Source: a virus. From it: a stretch of DNA of 64,000 nucleotides. Position 1 is the first letter of the stretch. Every line of letters starts with the position of its first letter. A program made the position numbers and the translations under genes. Below the pieces are notes generated by a model. The model was not told where the DNA came from. It made no database searches and was given only the letters and a program-made list of their open reading frames with translations. The stretch is from the IMG/VR virus record IMGVR_UViG_3300049736_000695, positions 1 to 64,000 of that record, one strand, 5' to 3'. Positions 38,823 to 49,329 of this stretch are shown one piece after another.

Positions 38823-40805
38823 TTATAGACATTCGACAATCTCATTTGTACTTTGTACAAAGTTATTATATCTAGTTTCAATCAAATTATTGAATGTAGC
38901 TGTATAATCTGGTTTTAGTTCAGGCATAATAAGAATAATCTGTGCTGTTAGCGCGCCACCTTGCGGATTAAATGTATCGTAACTTAAAATAAGCTTTTCA
39001 AATTGCAATGAATCTTTCCACCATGAAGCAAGATCAAATGTTTTATTAAGATCAATATTGCCTGTTCTGTCGTGTAATTCATAGACAACACATCTACCTT
39101 TTGATTTAAGATCATTGACACCAAGCGATGTCATACCTTCATTTGCATATTTGCGGTATATTCCTTCGGCAACTACAAGACGGTGTTCGCTGTATACATC
39201 ACTATTTACCATAATCGATCTGTTTGCATTTGCATTTAATAATAAATTCCTAGCAATCGTTACCTTTTTTGTATTATCAATTACATGATCAAACGTAACT
39301 GCATCGCCATAGCCACCTAAAAATCTACCTATAACAACACCTTGCGCTAATTCCGTGCGTGATGTAATAACTTTGTTATCAGGTTTGTAAACAGCACTAA
39401 TTGATACTTTACGTAATCCATCTCTTACTGATCCTTTGAATCTTTTTGTTTCACCACCTGGATTTTTGCCTAAGACTTTTTTAGATTGCGCTCTACGAAC
39501 AGTAGCTTCTCTTCCTTCAATACGATCAATATCATTTGGTGCAGCATTTGAAAATGAATGATGCATAAGACCTTCAGATAGTATAGCTCCAATAAACGTT
39601 TCGTTTTGTTGATTTAATGGATCTCTTAATTTTGATCTAACTTCTGCAGTCGTAAGTGTTCTATCTGAAACACCACCGTAATCTGCATCACGATTGATTT
39701 GATTATAAAGTAAAGCACCTGGATCAATCAACACTTCACGTACAGCGTGTTCATGTTTAGCAAGATAATCTTCAGATAATTCTGTTGTAAATTCTGTTGT
39801 AGTTACATTTGTTGCTGTTGTATTAGTATTTGTCCAGCCAGCCGGACCACCAGGTCCACCACCGTATGATGCATATATTGCAGTGTCAGATGCAATTGCT
39901 TCATCTGCTCTACCAGTAAGATCACCATGAAATGTTGGAGCATGCATAGACGTAGAATTAACTCTATCAATATGCGCAGTGGTTCCGTAATAAACAATTT
40001 GATCACCACCAATAGTACCAGCAGCGCCGAATACAGATAAACTAGTAGCACCAATATTAATATCAGGAGAAGACATAACTGCTTGAGATTCAGACGTCAT
40101 ACGCATAACGTCTTTTGACAAATTCTCTAATACACCTTGTACAAGATTCGACTTATTACCTTTAATGAAGTAGTCTTGATCACCGTGCACGACCCGCGTT
40201 TCATTCCTTGTAATTTGTGTAGTGACATTGCCGTTGATTAAAGATTGTATATTACCATTAACGTCCTGTCGAATGCCGCCTTTTATATCTTCCAATTTAT
40301 CGCCGTGCGTAGTAACATTAAAATCACCGCCGACATCAAGATCAAAATTACCATCAACTCTTAACTTAAGATTACCATGGTATGTTACATCACCATCACC
40401 TTCGATAATAACTTTCTCATCACCTGCTGTAACACGTACTGTATTCTTAGAACTATATAAAAGAATTGTACCGTCAGGTTGAAACTCAAGGCCTGTGCCA
40501 CTCTTATGTTTAATGAGAATTTTTTCACGACCAGGTGTATCGTCAAATTCAGTAACATGACCAGCTATTGTTCTTCGCACTTGATTAAAAGGATATTCGG
40601 AAGAAGTTTGATCGAGTAATTCTAAGTTTATTCCTTTATCACCACCGCCATATGGTATTTTATTTTCTTCAATACCACGCGCTTCAAGATTTGTAGATTG
40701 TTTTCCTGCATATTGCCTTAAAGGAAATGCACCTTGGAAATCTTCAAATCCGTCTACAGGGCTCTTATCCGCAGGAATGTCTTCTAAATTATCTACTTCT
40801 GTCAT
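38823..40805 (-). CDS. gp5: gp5 C-terminal part (beta-helix needle) plus extra domain
   Basis: YPFNQV..T.AGHV.EFDDTPG.E.I...HKSGT..E..PDG followed by VxG beta-helix repeats. Confidence 0.85.
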   Translation of the reverse strand: MTEVDNLEDIPADKSPVDGFEDFQGAFPLRQYAGKQSTNLEARGIEENKIPYGGGDKGINLELLDQTSSEYPFNQVRRTIAGHVTEFDDTPGREKILIKHKSGTGLEFQPDGTILLYSSKNTVRVTAGDEKVIIEGDGDVTYHGNLKLRVDGNFDLDVGGDFNVTTHGDKLEDIKGGIRQDVNGNIQSLINGNVTTQITRNETRVVHGDQDYFIKGNKSNLVQGVLENLSKDVMRMTSESQAVMSSPDINIGATSLSVFGAAGTIGGDQIVYYGTTAHIDRVNSTSMHAPTFHGDLTGRADEAIASDTAIYASYGGGPGGPAGWTNTNTTATNVTTTEFTTELSEDYLAKHEHAVREVLIDPGALLYNQINRDADYGGVSDRTLTTAEVRSKLRDPLNQQNETFIGAILSEGLMHHSFSNAAPNDIDRIEGREATVRRAQSKKVLGKNPGGETKRFKGSVRDGLRKVSISAVYKPDNKVITSRTELAQGVVIGRFLGGYGDAVTFDHVIDNTKKVTIARNLLLNANANRSIMVNSDVYSEHRLVVAEGIYRKYANEGMTSLGVNDLKSKGRCVVYELHDRTGNIDLNKTFDLASWWKDSLQFEKLILSYDTFNPQGGALTAQIILIMPELKPDYTATFNNLIETRYNNFVQSTNEIVECL

Positions 40806-42506
40806 TTATTTTCTCTCTTGCACATATTCATTTGTATCAGCACCAGCCATTAAATTTTCTCTATACTTGTCTGCATTAAATCCTGGTCCTAATTTACTAG
40901 TACCACCACCGTATGTAAAACCCAGTTCTTTTGAAATTATATCTGCTAATAATTCCATAGCAATATGTCCAGCGCCCGGATGAGACCTTACTGCAGCTTC
41001 GGCAATCATTCTATAAGAATCCATTTGTTCAGAAGTAATACTTTGATTGCTTAAAAACTTAACATTCTTTTCTGCTGTAGTGCACGTATAACCAGCATCA
41101 AAACAAATAACAATAGCCCCTTGGTATACTTTATTCATACTTTCTATAAACTTTGCTGTAGCAGTGTTTGCTCCTGCCATAGGTGGTATTTCTGGCGATG
41201 CTTCGGTATTTAATATTCTGTGAACTGATCCGTCTCTTAAAATAAGATAATGAGTATTTGCTGATTTACCATTTTTCTCAAGTGATGCTTCATTATATTT
41301 TTTTGCACTTTCTACTCTATTATCAGAGGTAGTCGCATTCCACCTTGCAATAAAAATACCTATATCTCTTTTCGTTGCACCAAGTTCTAGCTCAATTTCT
41401 TCTGATGTGTGAGCTGTTGTATAAACAGCTTCTTCTACAGGTCTATTACTTGGCACTCCAATTTCTTCTACAGGTGTTGAAGGCTGAATATTGTCTGGAA
41501 GTGTTTCTGATTTTTTAACAGTCTCTGCAAGATTAGTAAACCCTCCTTTATTAATAATATCTGGTATTTTGTCAGGAGATAATCCAGAAGCGGCGATGCT
41601 CGCATCGCTATTAATAGAAGGTAGATTTAAACCAAGATCTTTATTAACAGGTCCACCCTTGGCTAAAGATGCAATTGAACCTTGAATATTTCCAAAGTCT
41701 ACACCCATAGATCCAAATGGGTTTTTAGCCGCAAGAGATTCTGGTGAAAATCCAGTTTTACTTTGCATCTTACTAATAAGATCTGAACCCGGTGCTAAAG
41801 GATCACCGGCTTTTACATTTAATGAAGGTACATCTATTTTTGATTTAAAAGAACCAAATGGATTAGAAAGCTGGTCCATTTGATTTGATGCCATTTTCTT
41901 TTGCGCAGTTACTACTTGTGCTCCAATATTATTTGCTGCCAAGCCTGAAAGACCAGATTGAAGATTACCGGTGAGACCTGTAAACGTAGCAGAATCGATT
42001 CCTAGCTGTCTAAATTTTTCTTTTACTGCAGGATCATTTGCATTAATTTCTAATTGCTTTGCTGCATCGTCAAATTTTTGATTAATTTCTTTTTCTGTTA
42101 GTTGAAATCCATCTTTATTAGCCTGTCTTATACCTTCTATATTTCCAGGAGCAAGTACTTTTTTTACTACAGTTGAGGATGTTGACGTTTTACCGGTAAG
42201 AACATCAAGTGCAGCTTTTTGTGCAGCTGTTTGAGTATTACCTTTACCAGCACTCGGTCCTGATAGAGCTGGCGTAGGATCAGGTTTAGGATTTGCACCT
42301 CTTTTCTTTACACTAGCAGCTTTTGATATAAATCCTAATACTTCTTTACCCATATCTTCAGATATAGATGCATCTTTTTTAAGCGCTTGTTCCATCATTT
42401 TTTCAGCAAGTGCAAGACCTTCTTTTTCAAGCTCACTAGCGCCTTGTGCCTGAGCCATCTGATTGCGCATTGCGGTTCTTGCCGCTTTAATTAGTTCTTC
42501 TGTCAT
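40806..42506 (-). CDS. gp5-locus protein with degenerate amidase_2-like C-terminal domain
   Basis: HYLILRDGS, I.ICF.AG, T.EQ..S, PGF pattern; the first Zn-ligand His appears replaced (IFIARWNAT). Confidence 0.55.
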   Translation of the reverse strand: MTEELIKAARTAMRNQMAQAQGASELEKEGLALAEKMMEQALKKDASISEDMGKEVLGFISKAASVKKRGANPKPDPTPALSGPSAGKGNTQTAAQKAALDVLTGKTSTSSTVVKKVLAPGNIEGIRQANKDGFQLTEKEINQKFDDAAKQLEINANDPAVKEKFRQLGIDSATFTGLTGNLQSGLSGLAANNIGAQVVTAQKKMASNQMDQLSNPFGSFKSKIDVPSLNVKAGDPLAPGSDLISKMQSKTGFSPESLAAKNPFGSMGVDFGNIQGSIASLAKGGPVNKDLGLNLPSINSDASIAASGLSPDKIPDIINKGGFTNLAETVKKSETLPDNIQPSTPVEEIGVPSNRPVEEAVYTTAHTSEEIELELGATKRDIGIFIARWNATTSDNRVESAKKYNEASLEKNGKSANTHYLILRDGSVHRILNTEASPEIPPMAGANTATAKFIESMNKVYQGAIVICFDAGYTCTTAEKNVKFLSNQSITSEQMDSYRMIAEAAVRSHPGAGHIAMELLADIISKELGFTYGGGTSKLGPGFNADKYRENLMAGADTNEYVQERK

Positions 42507-43387
42507 GACGCCAATGTCCTAAAAAAATCTCTTGCTACTTTTTGTCTAGCAACTTGCCCTTTTTCTTTGGGATTTTCAAATCTATCTTCAAATATAATAC
42601 ATGCCTCCTCAGGTGTAGTTGCTCTTTTTAAATCATTTAAACGATAATATTTTTTTGATTCATATAGTTCATGAACAGTAAAAAGCAATTGCGGATATAA
42701 TGTGTCCCACGGTAAATTTTTTTTTCCAGAAAATTCTACAAGGTTTTGATATCGATATCCTGCATTTGAACTTGAATTCCATTGTGCAATACCAAATGAT
42801 CTCTCAGGTGGAGCAGACGCCGCCTTTGTGTTAAGATCACCTGTAATATTTGCTGCTGATTCAATCCAAAAATTACCTAGAATACCACAAGCTTGAGCTG
42901 GTGTAAATCCTCCACCTTCAGGAGTTAAAAAGAAATTAAATGCTTTTTCTGCGTTTGTAGCTCCTACAAGATATTCATTATCTGCATTAATACCACCGGG
43001 TATAACCTTTGGATTTCTTTGCACTTGATCAGGTACAGTACTAGAAGGATCTAAATTTAAATTTAAATTTCTTTCAAATTTAGGTATTGAACCAAGTACA
43101 AGAGGTAGCTGAGAATTTTTACCATCTAAAAAAATACCGTATACTTGTGCTTGCGGCTTTAGCCCGACATTTGTACCAATACCAGAACTACCGCCTTCAG
43201 TGATAGGTACAGCCACTTGAGCCCATGGTAAATCACCGTCAGAAATATCACTCACATTTTCTGTATGAATACCAAAGATTCTTACTTTCACTCTACCTAA
43301 TTCTACAGGATCATTAATATCTTTAATGACTCCTACGAACCAACGAGTTTCATCTCCGTAATATTCTTTATATGTTTTAGGTATCAT
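42503..43387 (-). CDS. gp5: gp5 N-terminal OB domain fused to phage tail lysozyme-like domain
   Basis: WFVGV..DINDP..LGRVKVRIFG.H, LPWA, G.FLDG...Q.P.VLG; QACGILGN...ES, FGIAQW, FE.P. Confidence 0.85.
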   Translation of the reverse strand: MIPKTYKEYYGDETRWFVGVIKDINDPVELGRVKVRIFGIHTENVSDISDGDLPWAQVAVPITEGGSSGIGTNVGLKPQAQVYGIFLDGKNSQLPLVLGSIPKFERNLNLNLDPSSTVPDQVQRNPKVIPGGINADNEYLVGATNAEKAFNFFLTPEGGGFTPAQACGILGNFWIESAANITGDLNTKAASAPPERSFGIAQWNSSSNAGYRYQNLVEFSGKKNLPWDTLYPQLLFTVHELYESKKYYRLNDLKRATTPEEACIIFEDRFENPKEKGQVARQKVARDFFRTLAS

Positions 43388-44721
43388 CCTATTACCTTCA
43401 ATGGATTATCATCCGTGTAGTTAGTTAGCTTTACACAATTTAGATGTATTTGATATCTATTACCTGCAAATGAATGCTTTGCCCCGTATATCAAATAATC
43501 CCCCGATTTTTTTAGATCAAGTTTTAAGTCTCCAAGATCCATTGGTCTATTAGCACTAAATAAAATTCTTATTACGTTACCTGTTGTGTAATGACCTTCC
43601 GAATTAATAAACCCCATACCATCTAAACGTATAGTTATCGGAGATTTACGTAAAAGTTTTTTAAGACTCCTTGATGCTACCTTCTTCTTATGACCTGTAT
43701 TTTCATCTTCATCATAAGATACATATCTATTTGTACCATCATCGTATGCGCCGGCGCTTGATATTTGTGTAATTGTTCTCGACTTTTGATTTTGCAGTTC
43801 AACGTCATTAAATGTAAAATTCGAAGCCATCACCGGTTCTTGATTTCTTATTTTACTCTCTATCATATTTTCTATAACATCATCGATAATATTATGATTG
43901 CATGCATAATCTGTGAAATTATGAGTGTCAATAAAATGATGCTCTGCTGATATTAACCCATCAGCTATTAAACCATACATGTCTTCTGCATTTTCTATAG
44001 AGTATTCTTTTATTGGAACAAGTCTAAATGATGACTTTTCTAAGTCATGATCCGTAGGTCCATGTATGAAAGGAGATGTTTTATTAATTGGCTCAGCTTC
44101 AATCATAGTTTTAAGATCTGCATATACTAATTTATTTTGTGTGAATGAAGAAAAAAGATATGTAGGAAACCCTTCAGTCGTTGTACCTCTATTTTTTATC
44201 CATGTCATGGCATCTACTGGAGTAAGGTTAGGTACAATAACCTTCATCTTCTTTTGAAATACATCAGAATAAATTTCTTCTACTTCATAGTCTAACCATT
44301 CTTGTGCAATCTTTGTAATGATTTCATCCGGACTACCTTGATAGCATTTATTCACATTTTTTAAATTAGAAAGAAAAAGTATATCTTCAACTAAATGAAG
44401 CATTACTAAGTCTGTTTGCTCATTTGCTTTTTTATTTGTTATAATTTTATCAATAACAAATCTATGTTCTACAAAGGCTCCTTCGGCTTCAGAATTTCGA
44501 AATGTTACTGTGCAAAATTCAGCACCCTGAATATCAATTCTATCATAAAGTCTTAACGTATCAATAAAAGCAATTTGGCCTGTAATATATGGTAAATCTA
44601 TGTGCTCGAAGATTTCCATATCAGAAACCACTCCAGCAATATCAACAGGCTCCAGCATACGAGACGAATTAATAATTACAGACTCGAGTACGTAACCTTG
44701 TTTTCCTTTTGTTTGTGCCAT
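43384..44721 (-). CDS. putative baseplate hub protein (gp27-like)
   Basis: Between gp53 and gp5; IFEHI..PYITG, SGDYLI...KH.F C-terminus. Confidence 0.55.
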   Translation of the reverse strand: MAQTKGKQGYVLESVIINSSRMLEPVDIAGVVSDMEIFEHIDLPYITGQIAFIDTLRLYDRIDIQGAEFCTVTFRNSEAEGAFVEHRFVIDKIITNKKANEQTDLVMLHLVEDILFLSNLKNVNKCYQGSPDEIITKIAQEWLDYEVEEIYSDVFQKKMKVIVPNLTPVDAMTWIKNRGTTTEGFPTYLFSSFTQNKLVYADLKTMIEAEPINKTSPFIHGPTDHDLEKSSFRLVPIKEYSIENAEDMYGLIADGLISAEHHFIDTHNFTDYACNHNIIDDVIENMIESKIRNQEPVMASNFTFNDVELQNQKSRTITQISSAGAYDDGTNRYVSYDEDENTGHKKKVASRSLKKLLRKSPITIRLDGMGFINSEGHYTTGNVIRILFSANRPMDLGDLKLDLKKSGDYLIYGAKHSFAGNRYQIHLNCVKLTNYTDDNPLKVIG

Positions 44722-44723
44722 AA

Positions 44724-45473
44724 CTAGCTTCTAATTGATTGGAAAAAAGCAGAAGATACTTCATTGATAAGATCAGGTTTAATAACTTTGATACTTTTTA
44801 ACTCATTGTTTTTTCTTACATATCTATCGAAGTGTGTTACTTCTGTGTAGATCGCGGGAGCATCTTGACTTGGATCAATATCAACATAATTGCCATCACC
44901 GTCTTCGTAATGATGCGTTGCTAAATGTTCGTTCATTACTGCGTGAGCAGTAATTGATCCAGGTATTTCTAAGTCGACTGTTACGTTTGTTACAATTTCA
45001 CCCTTAATAAAGGGGTTTGATGAATTTACAACAATTTGACCGAGATCTAGATTTCTTCTAAGAATTTCACCTCTAGTACCTGATGTTCCTCCGGATGCAG
45101 TTTGCCCTACAAGCAATACTCCTGTAAGAGGAGTTTTAGTGCGTATAACGTTATGAGGAAAATCTTGTTTCACTTGATCCTCCAATTGATTAAGTGTAAG
45201 AGGCCATCCTCTTGATCTTAGGTGATCGTTAAGAAGATAAAAAGTCCAGTGAAACTGTGGGCTACCATAGAGTTTAAACGACACCTGATCAGGTCTATCA
45301 TTTTCTTGAATATTGTATGTACGATAAAAACTTACATTGTCTTTAATTTGATCAATGATATCTGAATAGCGAGAAATATCCTGAAATACTTCGTACGATA
45401 ATTTTTCGCCACCTAAGTCTTTGTTATTACCAAAGTAGTATGCTGTTCTAGGAAAATTGCGAAAGTATAACAT
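44724..45473 (-). CDS. gp53: baseplate wedge subunit gp53
   Basis: YF..FP...Y, Y.I.E.DRPDQVS.KLYG....HW...LLN, WPL, N...K.IKVIKP. Confidence 0.9.
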   Translation of the reverse strand: MLYFRNFPRTAYYFGNNKDLGGEKLSYEVFQDISRYSDIIDQIKDNVSFYRTYNIQENDRPDQVSFKLYGSPQFHWTFYLLNDHLRSRGWPLTLNQLEDQVKQDFPHNVIRTKTPLTGVLLVGQTASGGTSGTRGEILRRNLDLGQIVVNSSNPFIKGEIVTNVTVDLEIPGSITAHAVMNEHLATHHYEDGDGNYVDIDPSQDAPAIYTEVTHFDRYVRKNNELKSIKVIKPDLINEVSSAFFQSIRS

Positions 45474-46753
45474 TAATAACCTCTTTCAATATCTTGTTTT
45501 GCTAGAGCGCGATACTCTTGGAATATCAAAGTCATATCTACTTCTGTTGGTTGACCATCGGCATGAAAAACCATTTGACTTCCATTATAATTTACTTGAC
45601 AACTTCGAAGATATGCTAATTGTATCTTTGGAAATTTTGCCTGTGAATTTAAAAACTTAAAAGATATCTCAAACAAATTAGGAAATCTATATCCAGCAGG
45701 TATACCTTCAGCAATATTGATTGCTTCAGGATACATTTCTGTACGAAATGATTTAATAATACTTTCTACTTGAGAAGCTTCTGCTGCAGAAGTGGCTATA
45801 AATCTAAATTGAAAAGTAAATTGACGAATATTCGGTCTGTCAAATATCATCCTTGTACCAGGATTGACGCCGGTTTGCAGGGCAGTCGACGCTGCTGCTC
45901 TTAATCCTGCAGAAGGTATTTTTTGTGATATACGTGCTGCAGCAACATTTGCAGTATCTCTTGTAATTTGACCAGTTGCTAAATTAAAAACACTTTCTAA
46001 TCCTTCAGCAACTGCATTTCCTATAGCTCCAAGTATTCCTGATCCGTTATTCATTGCAGCAGATGCAACTAATCCTCGCGTACCTAGATTTTCTTGATTG
46101 TATGATATATCATCATTTACAACAAGAGACTGTGGCATATAAATTCTAATCACTACTGGATTTACAGGATCCATCGTTTTTAATCCTGTTGCACCATCTC
46201 TACGAGGATTACGATCCTGTTTACTTGCTTCTTCAGCCTTTGCGCTAGCAACTCTATTCAGTTCGAATTGATTTACCGAACCGCGCTTTGCAGGTGGTCT
46301 ATTTAATTCAAATTGATTTACCGAACCGGTAGGGGTATCTTCTGCTTCCGCATCATCAAAGTCACCATCATTATTGGTAGTAGTCGCAAAATCGCCTTCT
46401 TCAACTGTTTCTTGATCTTGAACAGCCTCACTTTTTGTAAGGGCATTCCACCCTTTTGTTATTAAAGGAGCATCATAATATTGCGCGTATTCAGCGGTAT
46501 CAACTGTATATGCATCAACAGTTCGAACCTTAAATTGCATCATTGCCGGAAAATCTGCTGCACCATCTAAAGGATATTTGTATACTGTAGGTGCTGGGCT
46601 AAAATTTTCTTTTTGAATGGTTTCAGCTGACCTAGTAGCATTTTCATTTTTTACACTACCAAGACTTTGCACATTTTTTTCAGTATTATGTTGTTTCTTG
46701 TAAGCGGCGGTTGTGCCAAAATCACTGCTACCTGGTCCATCTTCTCGTGCCAT
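45473..46753 (-). CDS. gp48: baseplate tail-tube cap gp48-like
   Basis: I.IYMP, NP....FD.P..RQFTF.F.F, EA..V..II..FR, P..F.I, VNY, P.EVDMTL.F.E. Confidence 0.85.
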   Translation of the reverse strand: MAREDGPGSSDFGTTAAYKKQHNTEKNVQSLGSVKNENATRSAETIQKENFSPAPTVYKYPLDGAADFPAMMQFKVRTVDAYTVDTAEYAQYYDAPLITKGWNALTKSEAVQDQETVEEGDFATTTNNDGDFDDAEAEDTPTGSVNQFELNRPPAKRGSVNQFELNRVASAKAEEASKQDRNPRRDGATGLKTMDPVNPVVIRIYMPQSLVVNDDISYNQENLGTRGLVASAAMNNGSGILGAIGNAVAEGLESVFNLATGQITRDTANVAAARISQKIPSAGLRAAASTALQTGVNPGTRMIFDRPNIRQFTFQFRFIATSAAEASQVESIIKSFRTEMYPEAINIAEGIPAGYRFPNLFEISFKFLNSQAKFPKIQLAYLRSCQVNYNGSQMVFHADGQPTEVDMTLIFQEYRALAKQDIERGY

Positions 46754-46762
46754 TTTACTTCC

Positions 46763-46770
46763 TATAAATA
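46763..46770 (+). promoter_or_regulatory. late promoter TATAAATA for gp4
   Basis: Exact consensus. Confidence 0.8.
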
Positions 46771-46790
46771 CAATTAGTAAATTACAACAC

Positions 46791-46798
46791 TATTTATA
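46791..46798 (-). promoter_or_regulatory. late promoter TATAAATA for gp48 operon
   Basis: Exact consensus. Confidence 0.8.
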
Positions 46799-46805
46799 TC
46801 AAAAA

Positions 46806-47309
46806 ATGGCATATTCTGGAAAGTACATACCAAAGAATCTAAAGAAATACAGAGGTGATCCTGATAAAGTAACATATCGTTCTCATTGGGAAAAGCTTTG
46901 TTTCTTGTGGTGTGATCGTAATGACGATATAAAACATTGGTCATCAGAAGAAACAGTCGTACCTTATTTTTGGGATATTGATAAAAGATACCATAGATAT
47001 TTTGTAGATCTTAAGATTACATTTAACAACGGTCAAACAATACTTGTTGAAATAAAACCTGCCAAAGAAACAGAACCTCCTAAAAATGCCAATAAGAGTA
47101 AAAGATATATTGGCGAAGCAATGACATATGTAAAGAATATGAATAAGTGGGAAGCGGCTAATTCCTTTGCCAAAGATAGAGGATGGGAGTTTCAAATATG
47201 GACAGAGAACACTTTAAAGTCAATGGGTATTATGAAAGACCAAAAGGGTAAATTAAAGCCATTAAAACCATTAAAGCCATATCGAAAAAAGCCTAAGAAA
47301 AAGATATAA
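46806..47309 (+). CDS. gp4: head completion protein gp4 (TnsA-like nuclease fold)
   Basis: MAYSGKY.PKN..KY.GDP....YRS.WE, WSSEE..VPY, HRYF.D, EIKP, N..KWEAA; true start 46806. Confidence 0.93.
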   Translation: MAYSGKYIPKNLKKYRGDPDKVTYRSHWEKLCFLWCDRNDDIKHWSSEETVVPYFWDIDKRYHRYFVDLKITFNNGQTILVEIKPAKETEPPKNANKSKRYIGEAMTYVKNMNKWEAANSFAKDRGWEFQIWTENTLKSMGIMKDQKGKLKPLKPLKPYRKKPKKKI

Positions 47310-47312
47310 ATA
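47305..47312 (+). promoter_or_regulatory. late promoter TATAAATA for gp2 (likely leaderless mRNA)
   Basis: Exact consensus ending 6 nt before ATG; no SD. Confidence 0.75.
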
Positions 47313-47317
47313 GTTGC

Positions 47318-47908
47318 ATGAGTAACTTATTTGCAAAATTAGAATATGAAGCGTTTCGTGCTGGTGTTAATCCTCGTACAAAAGAGGCACAAGACTGGTT
47401 TCGGAAAAAAGCACAACAGATGCGAAGAGTAAATCGCAATGATTTGTTGCAAGATGAACAAGTGAAACTTGTGAATAGACAAAATCCTTTAATTGGATCT
47501 ATGAATATGTTTTTCTATGATCCAAAACACAAGGAAACTCTGCCTTACTACGATAGATTTCCTTTAGCAATTATTGTGGGACCGGCAGAAAAAGGATTCT
47601 ATGGTTTGAATCTACACTATTTGCCAAATGTATTAAGGGCTAAACTGCTTGATGCGCTACTTGATATTACAAATAATAATAAATACGATGAGTCTACTAG
47701 ATTTCAAGTATCTTATAAATTATTACAAGCATCAAGCAAGATGAAATACTTCAAACCATGCTATAAGCATTATTTGACTGCACACGTAAAATCTAGACTT
47801 GCAAGAGTATCGGCTCCTGAATGGGAAATAGCAACATTCTTACCAACAGCTGATTTCGAAAAGTCATCTGCATCAAATGTATATACACAATCAAGGAAAG
47901 CAATATGA
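47318..47908 (+). CDS. gp2: DNA end protector protein gp2
   Basis: F.YDPKHK.TLPYYD.FPL, GLNLHYLP...R, PC.KHYL..HV.S, W..A.FLP...F. Confidence 0.93.
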   Translation: MSNLFAKLEYEAFRAGVNPRTKEAQDWFRKKAQQMRRVNRNDLLQDEQVKLVNRQNPLIGSMNMFFYDPKHKETLPYYDRFPLAIIVGPAEKGFYGLNLHYLPNVLRAKLLDALLDITNNNKYDESTRFQVSYKLLQASSKMKYFKPCYKHYLTAHVKSRLARVSAPEWEIATFLPTADFEKSSASNVYTQSRKAI

Positions 47909-48600
47909 GTAGCATAGACCAAATTAAATCTCTTGCATCATCTAAACTCGGTTTTGCTCGAACCAACCAATTTTTAGTTGAGTTACCTACAAACTTTTCT
48001 GGTAGTGGTGGATTTCTTGGTTCACTTACTTCACTTCTTACAAGTGGTATCGGTCTTGGTTCTGGCGGTGGAGATCTTAACTTATTATGTTCATCAGCAA
48101 CATTGCCCGGTAAACAAATATTAACACATGAACGTCGTATTGGTATGGAGTTTCAAAAGGTTGCATATGGTTATGCCGTTGACGATGTAGCATTAACTTT
48201 CTATGCACTTAATGATTATGGCACACGAAAGTATTTTGATGAGTGGAGAAAATATACACTTAACGAAAATGGACATATTGCAGGTTATAAGAAAGATTAT
48301 GCAAAAGATGTAAAGATACATCAATTGCGCAAACCAATTAAGAATATCGGTACTTCGGCTGGACCGATTAAAATTAATATAGGACTAGGCGGTGGATCTG
48401 TTTATTCAGTAAGATTAAAAGATGCATTTCCTACAACAGTTCAGGCCGTTGAATTAAATAACGATATGGATGGACTTGTACAAATAAGTGTACAGTTATC
48501 ATATACAAATTGGGAAACAACGTCAAGCGGACAAGGCTGGATTCAAGCTACTGGTGGACTAACTGGTGGATTAGGCAGCTTGACTAATTTTTTATCATAG
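47905..48600 (+). CDS. gp54: baseplate tail-tube initiator gp54 (gp19-like fold)
   Basis: GFAR.N.F.V, C..A.LPG, LTFY, YF..W, L.DAFP..V..VEL. Confidence 0.75.
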   Translation: MSSIDQIKSLASSKLGFARTNQFLVELPTNFSGSGGFLGSLTSLLTSGIGLGSGGGDLNLLCSSATLPGKQILTHERRIGMEFQKVAYGYAVDDVALTFYALNDYGTRKYFDEWRKYTLNENGHIAGYKKDYAKDVKIHQLRKPIKNIGTSAGPIKINIGLGGGSVYSVRLKDAFPTTVQAVELNNDMDGLVQISVQLSYTNWETTSSGQGWIQATGGLTGGLGSLTNFLS

Positions 48601-48609
48601 GAGTAGAAT

Positions 48610-49329
48610 ATGGCGCTTCCGCGTTTGAATGAATCACCTCAGTATGAATTAACTATACCGTCAACACAAGAAGTAATACAATTTAGACCATTTCTTGTGA
48701 AAGAACAAAAAGTATTGTTAATGGCATTTGAAACAAAAGATAAAAAACAAATTCTTAATTCAATATTAGCTACAATAAAAGCATGTTGTACTAATATTGA
48801 TGAAAAGAAACTTACATCATTTGATGTAGATTATGTTTTTACAAATATTAGAACTAAAGCTGTAGGTGAAACTACCACAATTGCAGTAAAATGTTCAGAC
48901 GAATCATGCTTGCATTCAAACGAAGTAGTAGTAAATTTAGAGAATGCAGAACTAATAAATTTAAATGAATCTAATATTGTAAAAATTAATAATGACATTT
49001 CTCTTAAAATGAAATGGCCTTCTTACACTGAGATTATTAACAACAAAATTATTACTGAAGATAATTATTCAAATACTGAAATTGTATACGAAACAATTAA
49101 AATGTCAATTGATAGTATAATGACTGAAGATGAATTAATTTCGTTAAAAGATGAATCAAATGAAGAAATAGATCAATTTATAAATTCATTAACGACTAGT
49201 CAATTTAATGAAATTAATAAATTTATTTCAAATGCACCAACATTAAAATATGATGTTAAGTTTACATGCGAATCGTGCGGTAAAGAAAATCATAACGTAT
49301 TGGAAGGTATTCAGGATTTTTTTTCTTAA
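48610..49329 (+). CDS. gp26: baseplate hub assembly protein gp26
   Basis: MALP....P.Y.LTIPST....FRPFLVKEQK.LL.A, FD.DY.F..IR.K.VGE, CxxC, EG.QDFF. Confidence 0.9.
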   Translation: MALPRLNESPQYELTIPSTQEVIQFRPFLVKEQKVLLMAFETKDKKQILNSILATIKACCTNIDEKKLTSFDVDYVFTNIRTKAVGETTTIAVKCSDESCLHSNEVVVNLENAELINLNESNIVKINNDISLKMKWPSYTEIINNKIITEDNYSNTEIVYETIKMSIDSIMTEDELISLKDESNEEIDQFINSLTTSQFNEINKFISNAPTLKYDVKFTCESCGKENHNVLEGIQDFFS

